64,000 bases of DNA from Macrostomum lignano. Taxonomy: Eukaryota. The position numbers were made by a program, and so were the translations under genes. The DNA is taken from assembly GCA_002269645.1 (NCBI GenBank), contig NIVC01003384.1, positions 36,300-100,299 of the forward strand. Reading direction: 5' to 3'. Of the stretch, positions 1-12,026 are shown one piece after another; the first letter of the stretch is position 1; every line of letters begins with the position of its first letter. The notes beneath the pieces are model-generated. The model saw only the letters and a program-made list of their open reading frames with translations. It searched no databases and was not told the DNA's origin.

Positions 1-339
1 CCTTCACCACGTTCTCGTGTCCAACGAGAATGTTGGCGGCTCTCAGATCTCTGTGAATGAACTTCTTCTCCTCGAGGTAGGCCATTCCGTCAGCGATCTG
101 GAACAGCATGTCAAGCATTTCGCAGAACTTTATTTTCCTTCCGTTCTTCTCGTCGTTCTTCAAGTACGACAGCAGTGCTCCGTTGGGCATGAGCTCGGTG
201 ACGATGTAGAAAGGCTCCTCGGTGGTGCACACTCCGAGCAGTTGGACAATCTTTGGGTGATGCAGCTGGTGCATGGTTTGCGCTTCGCGAATGAACTCCC
301 CCTTGTTCGTATCTTGGACAAAGTTTTGGTCTAAACTAC
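1..339 (-). pseudogene. Truncated Src-family kinase-domain exon (third Src paralog or fragment), antisense within a TRPV intron; runs off the window's left edge
   Basis: The reverse complement reads TTTTCAG|GT AGT TTA GAC...ACG AAC AAG GGG GAG TTC ATT CGC GAA GCG CAA ACC ATG, translating to (G)SLDQNFVQDT-NKGEFIREAQTMHQLHHPKIVQLLGVCTTEEPFYIVTELMPNGALLSYLKNDEKNGRKIKFCEMLDMLFQIADGMAYLEEKKFIHRDLRAANILVGHENVVK. From ~309 downward it is nearly identical in DNA to 9273-9580. The track's + ORF 17..334 is only its antisense shadow. Confidence 0.8.
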
Positions 340-612
340 CTGAAAACAGGCAGTCCGTAGTGCTTTTTTATTTTACTACCCTGGAACGCACTTTGATTTG
401 GTAATGCTTTGGAAAAAAAATCACCGTACAAGACGCTTTATTGGGCTCAGTTTTATTTCAACTCTGCTCTGCATAGCTCTAATTTTAGCCTCATTATTTG
501 TTTCTCTTCTCTTCTGATCAGTCTCAGTCTTCTGCTTATTGTGTTTTTGTTTTTAACATAAAATATTAAAAATACAATCAATGCAGTTTTCATGTCCTTG
601 TTATTGTTTCAG

Positions 613-3600
613 TATGCAGAATTCAGCTACACCAACTATCCGCTGATGTCCAAGTGTGTATTCGCCATTTTCATGATAATCATGCCCATCATGCTGCTGA
701 ACATGATTATCGCAATGATGAATCACACCTATTCGACCGTGAATGCCCGATCGCAGAAGGAATCGATTGCTATGGTTCGTGGTGACGATTTACTCACTTC
801 CCGACTGTACCTAATATGTATCTTTTGTGAGGGGATGGGCACCTTATCTCAACGGTAGAAACTATAATATAAACAATAATGGGGCATCGAGATAATGGAC
901 CGCAAAATTCGGGACCTGGAATAATCCAGTCATAAAAATCGGGGCCTGGAATCATTCCACAATAAAAATCGGGACCTGGAATCATTCCACAAAAAAATCG
1001 GGACATGGAATCATTCCACAATAAAAATCGGGACCTGGAATCATTCGGCAATAAAAATCGGGACCTGGAATCATTCAGCCATAAAAATCGGGACCTGGAA
1101 TCATTCGGCAATAAAAATCGGGACATGGAATCATTCCACAATAAAAATCGGGACCTGGAATCATTCCACAATAAAAATCGGGACCTGGAATCATTCGGCA
1201 ATAAAAATCGGGACATGGAATCATTCCACAATAAAAATCCGGTCCTGGAATCATTCAGCCATAAAAATCGGGACCTGGAATCATTCAGCCATAAAAATCG
1301 GGACCTGGAATCATTCGGCAATAAAAATCGGGACCTGGAATCATTCGGCAATAAAAGTCGGGAGATGGAATCATTCAGTCATAAAAATCGGGACCTGGAA
1401 TCATTCAGTCATAAAAATCGGGACCTGGAATCATTCGGCAATAAAAATCGGGACATGGAATCATTCGGCAATAAAAATCGGGACCTGGAATCATTCGGCA
1501 ATAAAAATCGGGACATGGAATCATTCCACAATAAAAATCCGGACCTGGAATCATTCCACAATAAAAATCGGGACCTGGAATCATTCCACAATAAAAATCG
1601 GGACCTGGAATCATTCAGTCATAAAAATCGGGACCTGGAATCATTCGGCAATAAAAATCGGGACCTGGAATCATTCAGCCATAAAAATCGGGACCTGGAA
1701 TCATTCGGCAATAAAAATCGGGACCTGGAATCATTCAGTCATAAAAATCGGGACCTGGAATCATTCAGTCATAAAAATCGGGACCTGGAATCATTCGGCA
1801 ATAAAAATCGGGACCTGGAATCATTCAGCCATAAAAATCGGGACCTGGAATCATTCGGCAATAAAAATCGGGACATGGAATCATTCCACAATAAAAATCG
1901 GGACCTGGAATCATTCCACAATAAAAATCGGGACCTGGAATCATTCGGCAATAAAAATCGGGACATGGAATCATTCCACAATAAAAATCCGGACCTGGAA
2001 TCATTCAGTCATAAAAATCGGGACCTGGAATCATTCGGCAATAAAAATCGGGACCTGGAATCATTCAGCCATAAAAATCGGGACCTGGAATCATTCAGCC
2101 ATAAAAATCGGGACCTGGAATCATTCGGCAATAAAAATCGGGACCTGGAATCATTCGGCAATAAAAGTCGGGAGATGGAATCATTCAGTCATAAAAATCG
2201 GGACCTGGAATCATTCAGTCATAAAAATCGGGACCTGGAATCATTCGGCAATAAAAATCGGGACATGGAATCATTCGGCAATAAAAATCGGGACATGGAA
2301 TCATTCCACAATAAAAATCGGGACCTGGAATCATTCCACAATAAAAATCGGGACCTGGAATCATTCCACAATAAAAATCGGGAACTGGAATCATTCAGCA
2401 ATAAAAATCGGGACGTGGAATCATTCAGTCATAAAAATCGGGACCTGGAATCATTCGGCAATAAAAATCGGGACCTGGAATCATTCGGCAATAAAAGTCG
2501 GGACCTGGAATCATTCCACAATAAAAGTCGGGACCTGGAATCATTCCACAATAAAAGTCGGGACTTGGAATCTTTTAGTCACTAAAAATCGGGACGTGGA
2601 AGTGCCGGATCATAAAAATCACCACCCAACCTCCCGCCTCATCATTCCAGTGGGCCAGGATTGTGGGCATTGTGGAGCGCAGCTTCAACTCGCAGCAGCT
2701 GCTGGCCTATCGCACTGGCTACACAATCCCGGTGCCCGGCAAAGAAGGCGAGTTCGGGCTCATGACCATTTATCGGACGAAGAAAACCCTCGCCAAGCAG
2801 AGGGTCACGGCGCAGTGCAATTGGAAGGTAAATAAAAAATCTGCTTTATAGTTTTCAAAAACGTTTTACCACAGCCAGCAGAGCTGAGACAATTCTGCTC
2901 ATTCCGCTGACTTCTGAGCACATACATGCGCAGCCAATACTGTACGCAGGCACAGCACTCATGCAACACGGTCACGGAGGGTGTACAGCGGCCCCGGCTT
3001 CTTATTCTAATCGTCAGTCATGTGCACTCTGTGTGCCTTGGGGGTTGACTTCAAGATTACGAGATGTCATGGATGCCTGGATATAGTGTCTGACGACCCC
3101 TGACCCTATATAGTGTCTGACAACCCCTGACACTATATCTATAGTTTCTAACAACCCCTGACACTATATCTACAGTGTCTGACAACCCCTGACACTATAT
3201 CTATAGTGTCTGACAACCCCTGACACTATATCTATAGTGTCTGACAACCACCTGACACTGTCTATAGTTTCTGACAACCTACTGACACTATCTATAGTTT
3301 CTGACAACCTACTGACACTATCTATAGTTTCTGACAACCTACTGACACTATCTATAGTTTCTGACAACCCCCTGACACTATCTATAGTTTCTGAAACCCC
3401 TGACACTATCTATAGCTTCTGACAACCCCCAGACACTATATCTATAGTATCTGACAAGCCCCTGACACTATCTATAGTTTCTGACAACCCCTGACACTAT
3501 ATCTATAGTTTCTGACAAGCCCTGACACTATATCTATAGTTTCTAACAACCCCTGACACTATATCTACAGTGTCTGACAACCCCTGACACTATATCTATA

Positions 3601-5725
3601 GTGTCTGACAACCACCTGACACTGTCTATAGTTTCTGACAACCTACTGACATTATCTATAGTTTCTGACAACCTACTGACACTATCTATAGTTTCTGACA
3701 ACCCCCTGACACTATCTATAGTTTCTGACAACCCCTGACACTATCTATAGCTTCTGACAACCCCCAGACACTATATCTATAGTTTCTGACAAGCCCCTGA
3801 CACTATCTATAGTTTCTGACAACCCCTGACACTATATCTATAGTTTCTGACAAGCCCTGACACTATATCTATAGTGTCTGACAACCCCTGACACTATATC
3901 TATAGTTTCTGACAACCTACTGACACTATCTATAGTTTCTGACAACCTACTGACACTATCTATAGTTTCTGACAACCCCTGACACTATCTATAGTTTCTG
4001 ACAACCTACTGACACTATCTATAGTTTCTGACATCCCCTGACACTATCTATAGTTTCTGACAACCCCTGACACTATCTATAGTTTCTGACAACCTACTGA
4101 CACTATCTATAGTTTCTGACATCCCCTGACACTATCTATAGTTTCTGACAACCCCTGACACTATCTATAGTTTCTGACAACCCCTGACACTATATCTATA
4201 GTTTCTGACAAGCTCTGACACTATCTATAGTTTTTCACAAGCCCTGACACTATCTATAGCTTCTGACAACCCCCAGACACTATATCTATAGTTTTTGACA
4301 AGCCCTGACACTATCTATAGTTTCTGACAACCCCTGACACTATCTATAGTTTCTGACAACCTACTGACACTATCTATAGTTTTTGACATCCCCTGACACT
4401 ATCTATAGTTTCTGACAACCCCCAGACACTATATCTATAGTTTCTGACAACCCCTGACACTGTCTATAGTTTCTGACAACCCCCAGACACTATATCTATA
4501 GTTTCTGACAACCCCTGACACTGTCTATAGTTTCTGACAACCCCTGACACTATATCTATAGTTTCTGACAACCTACTGACACTGTCTATAGTTTCTGACA
4601 ACCCCCAGACACTATATCTATAGTTTCTGACAACCCCTGACACTATCTATAGTTTCTGACAACCCCTGACACTATATCTATAGTTTCTGACAACCTACTG
4701 ACACTATCTATAGTTTCTGACATCCCCTGACACTATCTATAGTTTCTGACAACCCCTGACACTATCTATAGTTTCTGACAACCCCTGACACTATATCTAT
4801 AGTTTCTGACAAGCTCTGACACTATCTATAGTTTTTGACAAGCCCTGACACTATCTATAGTTTCTGACAACCCCTGACACTATCTATAGTTTCTGACAAC
4901 CTACTGACACTATCTATAGCTTCTGACATCCCCTGACACTATCTATAGTTTCTGACAACCCCCAGACACTATATCTATAGTTTCTGACAACCCCTGACAC
5001 TGTCTATAGTTTCTGACAACCCCTGACACTATCTATAGTTTCTGACAACCCCTGACACTATATCTATAGTTTCTGACAAGCCCTGACACTATCTATAGTT
5101 TCTGACAACCCCTGACACTATCGAATGTTTCTGACAACCCCTGACACTATCTAAAGTTTCTGACAGTTTAGGAATAACTGACGGGAATCGCTAGGACTGT
5201 CAGCAAACACATGTATCAGTTAGTCACTGAAATCACCAAAAAAAGTTCACAAACCGGCTACCATTCAAGCGCTCCTACCGCAAAGTGCTGCAGCTGATCC
5301 GCGATCACAAGCAGCTGGGCAACACGCAGCCTTTCACATTCGATGGCACCGAAGTCAGCTTAGCGACAGTTCGACAGCAGAAGACTCGACTGCTCAGCCT
5401 GCAGAAGCAGGCGGCTCTCCAGGCAAAACGCGGCGGCCGATCGACGCGACCATCGGCAGCCAATCAGCAGGCGGCCTCGGAGCTCAGCCAGTCCATCCAG
5501 GACATCATGCGCTCGGTACCGTTGGAGTCGGGCCCGCCCCAATCAGCCAAGAAGCGGCTTGTCAAGCAGGTGGCCAGCGTCGACGAGCCGAGCGTCGCGG
5601 GTTCGCGTCCGGACACGTCGGCGAGCCGGAGAAACACGGTGGAACTCTCCAGAACGTCAGCGTCAACGACAGCCGGGCAGAGAAAATCTTTGCCAACCAG
5701 TGCGGCGGCTGGCAAGAAAGCTTAG
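613..5725 (+). CDS. TRPV-family cation channel (Inactive/OSM-9/Nanchung-like), last three exons; 5' part lies upstream of the window
   Basis: Exons are 613-774 (YAEFSYTNYPLMSKCVFAIFMIIMPIMLLNMIIAMMNHTYSTVNARSQKESIAM), 2651-2827 (WARIVGIVERSF...KQRVTAQCNWK) and ~5270 (or 5294)-5725. All junctions are phase-0 GT-AG. LLNMIIAMM..TY followed by WARIV..VERS matches the S6/TRP-domain pattern of invertebrate TRPVs. The acceptor of the last exon is ambiguous. Confidence 0.8.
905..2620. repeat. 30-bp minisatellite (ATAAAAATCGGGACCTGGAATCATTCGGCA and variants) filling TRPV intron 775-2650
   Basis: More than 50 tandem units are directly visible. They generate the spurious 526-aa ESFxNKNRD ORF. Confidence 0.97.
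3084..5165. repeat. ~30-32-bp minisatellite (ATAGTTTCTGACAACCCCTGACACTATCT) in TRPV intron 2828-5269
   Basis: Tandem units are directly visible, with +/-AT length variants. Confidence 0.97.
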
Positions 5726-6174
5726 CTGGATCCCGGATGTAAAACAACCGATGCTTTATTGTTTTAGCGATTCGAATGCTTCAATTTTGGAAGCAATCTT
5801 CACGGACGATTTGGTAGCATTGAATGAGTCAATTTTCCGGCTTTATTTCATTTTAGTTTGTTATAAATCCTACTGACACATGATGCCTTACCTTACGTTT
5901 CTGGAATGTATACTCCTGACATCTTACCTATACTGCTGAAAACTCACCTATGCATGTTTATTTATGACGACTTATTGCACTTTTTCATGTCCCACCGAGA
6001 TGCATCTGCTTTGTTCAGTTATTTAATTACAGTAGCCTGCACTCAAGCGGTGTCTATTCGGTATAAAATACAAGTGCGCGGATTAATATTTCTGACTAAT
6101 CAGTGAACTTTTGTTTTTTGATATGATCAGAATGCTGACTCTATCTATATTCTATCTACGAGTACAAGATGAAA

Positions 6175-7082
6175 CTCCTGACACTATCAACACTTTCTGA
6201 CACTAGCTATCTATAGTTTCTGACACTATCTATAGTTTTCTGGCACTATCTATAGTTTTCTGACACTATCTATAGTTTTCTGGCACTATCTATAGTTTTC
6301 TGACACTATCTATAGTTTTCTGACACTATCTACAATTTTCTGACACTATCTATAGTTTCTGACACTATCTATAGTTTTCTGACACTATCTACAGTTTTCT
6401 GACACTATCTATAGTTTCTGACAACCCCTTGACACTATCTATGGTTTCTGACAACCCCTGATAATACATGTATCTATAGGTTCTGACAACCTTCTGACAC
6501 TATCTATAATTTTTGACAGCCCCCTGACACTATCTAAAGCGTCTGACAGCCTTCTGACACTATCTAAAGCATCTGACAGCCCCCTGACACAATCTAAAGC
6601 GTCTGACAGCCTTCTGACACTATCTAAAGCATCTGACAGCCCCCTGACACTATCTAAAGCGTCTGACAGCCTTCTGACACTATCTAAAGCATCTGACAGC
6701 CCCCTGACACAATCTAAAGCGTCTGACAGCCTTCTTACACTATCTAAAGCATCTGACAGCCCCCTGACACAATCTAAAGCGTCTGACAGCCTTCTTACAC
6801 TATCTAAAGCATCTGACAGCCCCCTGACACTATCTAAAGCGTCTGACAGCCTTCTTACACTATCTAAAGCATCTGACAGCCCCCTGACACTATCTAAAGC
6901 GTCTGACAGCCTTCTTACACTATCTAAAGCATCTGACAGCCCCCTGACACAATCTAAAGCGTCTGACAGCCTTCTGACACTATCTAAAGCATCTGACAGC
7001 CCCCTGACACAATCTAAAGCGTCTGACAGCCTTCTTACACTATCTAAAGCATCTGACAGCCCCCTGACACTATCTATAGTGT
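6175..7082. repeat. Related CTGACACTATCT minisatellite: ~21-bp units at left, 60-bp dimeric higher-order units from ~6520
   Basis: The core is the same as in 3084-5165. From ~6520 the units alternate between ...AAAGCGTCTGACAGCCTTC and ...AAAGCATCTGACAGCCCC. Confidence 0.95.
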
Positions 7083-7449
7083 CTATTTTAGGGAATGCAG
7101 TTAATGCGCCTTGAGTAAATAGCCAAAGAAAGCAGTGCTCACTCATACAATGCATCGCCTCGTTTCAGTGTTCTATTTTCTTATATTTTTTTCACACGGG
7201 TGTACCATGAAAACGCCTTTCTATAGGCACTTTTTGAAAGGCTATGCAAGACTGAATCTAGTAAGAAGGCACAGAGAGAAATTCGGCAAAGAGTTGGTGT
7301 TCACACAAGTCACAGTGCAAGAGTGCCAAAAAACCATATTGGGTAAAACTGAAAGCATTGCTTTTGCATATGCGAGAGTAATGTTCGTATTTGGGTGAGA
7401 CCCTTATGAACGCCAATATTGCGGATGGCCTAAGGGTGCTTCGGTCTTT

Positions 7450-7750
7450 TAGGTAGGCACCCCTGTCTCTTCGGTTAGCGCCCCTGTCTCTTCGGTTGGC
7501 GCCCCTGTCTCTTCGGTTGGCGCCCCTGTCTCTTAGGTTGGCGCCCCTGTCTCTTAGGTTGGCGCCCCTGTCTCTTAGTTTAGCGCCCCTGTCTCTTAGT
7601 TTAACGCCCCTGTCTCTTCGGTTGGCGCCCCTGTCTTTTAGGTTAGCGCCCCTGTCTCTTCGGTTGGCACCCCTGTCTCTTCGGTTGGCGCCCCTGTCTC
7701 TTCGGTTGGCGCCCCTGTCTTTTATAATGGCGCCCCTGCGAGGGCGCCCC
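7450..7750. repeat. 21-bp minisatellite (GCGCCCCTGTCTCTTCGGTTG)
   Basis: About 13 tandem units, ending in GGGCGCCCCTG. Confidence 0.92.
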
Positions 7751-8266
7751 TGCGCCGTCAGAGGTAAAGCTCTCTGAGAGTTTAAGGCAGAAAATTCCTA
7801 GTCAACTTAGCATACAGGAAGTTTGACAATAAACTCCAAGGGTAGTTCAGCTAAAAGGGACGAATTCGCAAATTTGAATGGCAGAAGCAGAAGCAGCACA
7901 AGGGTTACGACGCGTACATTGACAGAGACAATAGCAAGCAGAGCCCAGAGTCTGGACAGAAGGCGACGTCACGCGTTTGTCAGGCAATTGCAGTATGGGC
8001 AACTCGAAAAAATCTTAGAAAAATATCTGCCCCAGCACTATCTGGGCTTGGCGCGTACACTCACTGCACTGTACAGCTGCTCCGCTGTCTACTTAAATCG
8101 TACAGACTAAGAAAGATAACTCACAGAGCTACTCTCTGACACAACAAGGTTCTACATGGTGTTCAGCATCGCAGATCCTTAGATAACATATCTTTAAGCG
8201 TTGTACTCGCATTGTACAGCAGCAGAGTAACCGAAACTTGTGCCAAACCTGCGTCTCAGCCAAGAG

Positions 8267-9983
8267 ATGGGCAACAGGCACAGCAAAAGCTCGACAAAGA
8301 AGCCAAAAAATCGTAAAAAGCGAAAGTCGGAAGGTCAGCAAATTCCTACAAGCCAGTCCGTGCCCAATCTTTCGACGGTGGAGGAACCATCCAGATCGGA
8401 GCCGGCTGTGAGAAACTCGGGATCACAGGATGACCTGCTGCACAATGGGTCAGTGCATGTACAGCAGCCGCACCTACCGCCACCGCGACCGCCGCCAAAG
8501 ATGCCTGAAAAAAGTAGAAAGCAGATGAAAGCGCTGTTCGACTTTGAGAAGCAGACAGATGGCGATCTGTCCTTCAAGAAAGACGACATCTTTGATCTAG
8601 TGGACGACTCGGACCAGTTCTGGTGGAAGATGACCCACACCGGCACAGGAGAAACCGGCTACGTGCCATACAACTACGTTCAACAGTACGACGGAGGGCC
8701 GACCTCATTATCCTGCTGGTTCGATCTGGACCGCAGAGAGGCGGAGAGGAACCTGCTGATGCCGGGCCTTCAAGAGGGGACGTTTCTGCTGCGGCCCTGC
8801 CGGCAGAGAGCCGACCAAGCGCTTTACACTCTGAGCATTCGGACTGAGGAAAATACTCGAAATATGGGGAGACAAATCCTAGTGAAGCACTACATGGTGA
8901 GACCGTTGGACTCTGGAGGCCTCTACATCTCGCCTAAAATAACATTCCCAACTGTGAAGGAGCTGTTAGAGCACTATGAGCACACTCAAGATGGACTCTG
9001 CTGCAAGCTTTCAAAGCCGTGCCCTCGAAAGTATGAACCGCCGCCTCAATTCCGAGACCTTGAGCTCAACAGGAACCAGCTTCAACTCGTAGAAAAGATT
9101 GGAAAAGGATCTTTCGGAGAAGTCAGTATAAATACTGTATTACCTTAGCATGCCTTATGTGCCCCTCCTAATTTTTATCGATTTCCAACTGCAGGTCTGG
9201 AAGGCAAAACTCGGTCGGTTAGTTGAAGTGGCGGTAAAGATGATGCACTCTGACGGTCAAGGCATCGCTATGAACAAGGGCGAGTTCATTCGCGAAGCGC
9301 AAACCATGCACCAGCTGCATCACCCAAAGATTGTCCAACTGCTCGGAGTGTGCACCACCGAGGAGCCTTTCTACATCGTCACCGAGCTCATGCCCAACGG
9401 AGCACTGCTGTCGTACTTGAAGAACGACGAGAAGAACGGAAGGAAAATAACGTACCGCGCAATGCTTGACATGCTGTTCCAGATCGCTGACGGAATGGCC
9501 TACCTGGAGGAGAAGAAGTTTATTCACAGAGATCTGAGAGCCGCCAACATTCTCGTTGGACACGAGAACGTGGTGAAGGTGGGCGACTTCGGGCTGAGCC
9601 GACTCATTGAGGAGGACGTGTATGACGTAGGTGAGAACACGAAGTTCCCCATCCGCTGGACGGCTCCGGAGGCTGCGACCGACAAGGTGTTTACCAACAA
9701 GTCGGACGTGTGGTCTTTCGGCGTCCTGATCTACGAGGTCGTGACGCGAGGCCGGGTTCCGTACCAGGAGCTTCAGAACAAAGCGATTCTAAATCAGGTC
9801 TCGAACGGCCATCGAATGCCGAACCCGCACAATGAGCAGCAGGGCATTCGATGCGACGAGTTTTTGTATAAAAACATCATGCTGGCCTGCTGGCACTCAA
9901 GCGAGCAGGAGAGACCCACCTTCGCCACCTTGAGGAACATCTTCGAGAGCTACGAAACCGAGGCGGAACGGCAATATGAGTGA
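8267..9983 (+). CDS. Src-family non-receptor tyrosine kinase, copy 1 (~547 aa; 2 exons: 8267-9121 and 9195-9983)
   Basis: Starts MGNRHSKSS (Gly2 myristoylation pattern). Contains SH3 (ALFDFEKQTDGDLSFKKDD...WW...GYVPYNYV), SH2 (WF..DRREAE...GTFLLR) and a kinase domain with GKGSFGE|VW, VAVK, HRDLRAANILV, DFG, activation-loop Tyr and C-terminal QYE*. The 73-bp phase-0 intron is GTCAGT...CTGCAG. Confidence 0.95.
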
Positions 9984-10644
9984 TGTTGTGCTGAGAACTA
10001 TGCCAATAGTCTGTGCTGTCTGTTGCTCCGACGTTACGCTCTTATTTGGTTGTTTAGTTTTGTTTTCTTGCTCCTCTTAGCATACGCCGCCGTCGCTTGG
10101 TGGATTTCGACGATACGAGTATTGTGTTTTAAATGTTTATACGGACTCATTGAGTGCATATTTTCCACTTAAAGTACCTTTTTTCTTGTGTTGAAAGTGA
10201 ACTTTAAAACATAATTTTTATCGGTCCGAATGTATTCCAAAGATTTTTCACTCTAAACATTCGAGACTTAGCTATTTATTTTTTTAGTATCCAAGCTTCG
10301 TTATGCTACTTGATGCACAATGGTTGCCATTCGAATTCGAATTGCTATCTTGATTTTTATTGTTGATGCCAACTGAAAAAACTTTAAATGCGTTGACATG
10401 TAGAACATATTTTTTTAAACCTGTGAATACGTTCATGCTGTGAGGACGGCGTTCTTTAACAATAACACTGTTTTGATTTATTATTTACTCCGGTCTCATC
10501 AAATAAATATATTTTTAGATCTCATTCGTTGACCATGAAAAGCAACGACTAACTGTTGATAGTGGCTGCAAAAATTCACCGAAGGTTCAAGTCATGAAGG
10601 AGTCTCACATTTATAGAAAAATATTTACTTTCTTTTATTTAGGT

Positions 10645-12026
10645 CTAATGCAGGAGGGTTTCTGCAGGAGGGTTTCTGCAGGAGGGTTTAATGCAGAAGG
10701 GTTTCTGCAGGAGGGTTTCTGCAGGAGGGTTTCTGCAGGAGGGTTTCTGCAGGAGGGTTTAATGCAGAAGGGTTTCTGCAGGAGGGTTTCTGCAGGAGGG
10801 TTTCTGCAGGAGGGTTTCTGCAGGAGGGTTTCTGCAGGAGGGTTTAATGCAGGAGGGTTTAATGCAGAAGGGTTTCTGCAAGAGGGTTTCTGCAGGAGGG
10901 TTTCTGCAGGAGGGTCTAATGCAGGAGGGTTTCTGCAGGAGGGTTTAATGCAGGAGGGTTTCTGCAGGAGGGTTTAATGCAGGAGGGTTTCTGCAGGAGG
11001 GTTTCTGCAGGAGGGTTTAATGCAGGAGGGTTTAATGCAGAAGGGTTTCTACAGGAGGGTTTCTGCAGGAGGGTTTCTGCAGGAGGGTTTCTGCAGGAGG
11101 GTCTAATGCAGGAGGGTTTCTGCAGGAGGGTTTAATGCAGGAGGGTTTCTGCAGGAGGGTTTCTGCAGGAGGGTTTCTGCAGGAGGGTTTCTGCAGGAGG
11201 GTTTCTGCAGGAGGGTTTAATGCAGGAGGGTTTAATGCAGAAGGGTTTCTGCAGGAGGGTCTAATGCAGAAGGGTTTCTGCAGGAGGGTTTCTGCAGGAG
11301 AGTTTCTCGCAGGAGGGTTTCTGCAGAAGGGCTTCTGCAGGAGGGTTTCTGCACGAGGGTTTCTGAAGGAGGGTTTAATGCAGGAGGGTTTAATGCAGAA
11401 GGGTTTCTGCAGGAGGGTTTAATGCAGGAGGGTTTCTGCAGGAGGGTTTCTGCAGGAGGGTTTCTGCAGGAGGGTTTCTGCAGGAGGGTTTCTGCAGGAG
11501 GGTTTCTGCAGGAGGGTTTCTGCAGGAGGGTTTCTGCAGGAGGGTTTCTGCAGGAGGGTTTCTGCAGGAGGGTTTCTGCAGGAGGGTTTCTGCAGGAGGG
11601 TTTCTGCAGGAGGGTTTCTGCAGGAGGGTTTCTGCAGGAGGGTTTAATGCAGAAGGGTTTCTGCAGGAGGGTTTCTGCAGGAGAGTTTCTCGCAGGAGGG
11701 TTTAATGCAGAAGGGTTTCTGCAGGAGGGTTTCTGCAGGAGAGTTTCTCGCAGGAGGGTTTCTCGCAGGAGGGTTTAATGCAGGAGGGTTTCTGCATGCA
11801 GGAGGGTTTTAATGCAGGAGGGTTTCCCGCACGAGGGTTTCCTGCACGAGGGTTTCCCGCACGAGGGTTTCCCACGCGAGGGTTTCCCGCACGAGGGTTT
11901 CCCGCACGAGGGTTTCCCACACGAGGGTTTCCCGCACGAGGGTTTCCCGCACGAGGGTTTCCCGCACGAGGGTTTCCCGCACGAGGGTTTCCCGCACGAG
12001 GGTTTCCCGCACGAGGGTTTCCCGCA
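10645..12026. repeat. 14-bp GCAGGAGGGTTTCT minisatellite grading into 15-bp GCACGAGGGTTTCCC units, between the two Src genes
   Basis: Directly visible; the unit switches at ~11820. Confidence 0.96.

Noticed and set aside
1005-2585. 526-aa ORF (ESFxNKNRD repeats), and similar repeat ORFs at 6439, 23979/24031, 26285, 50138-51166 and 53904
   Set aside because: These are stop-free frames of minisatellites whose unit length is a multiple of 3. They lie inside introns defined by flanking phase-matched exons and are often open on both strands.
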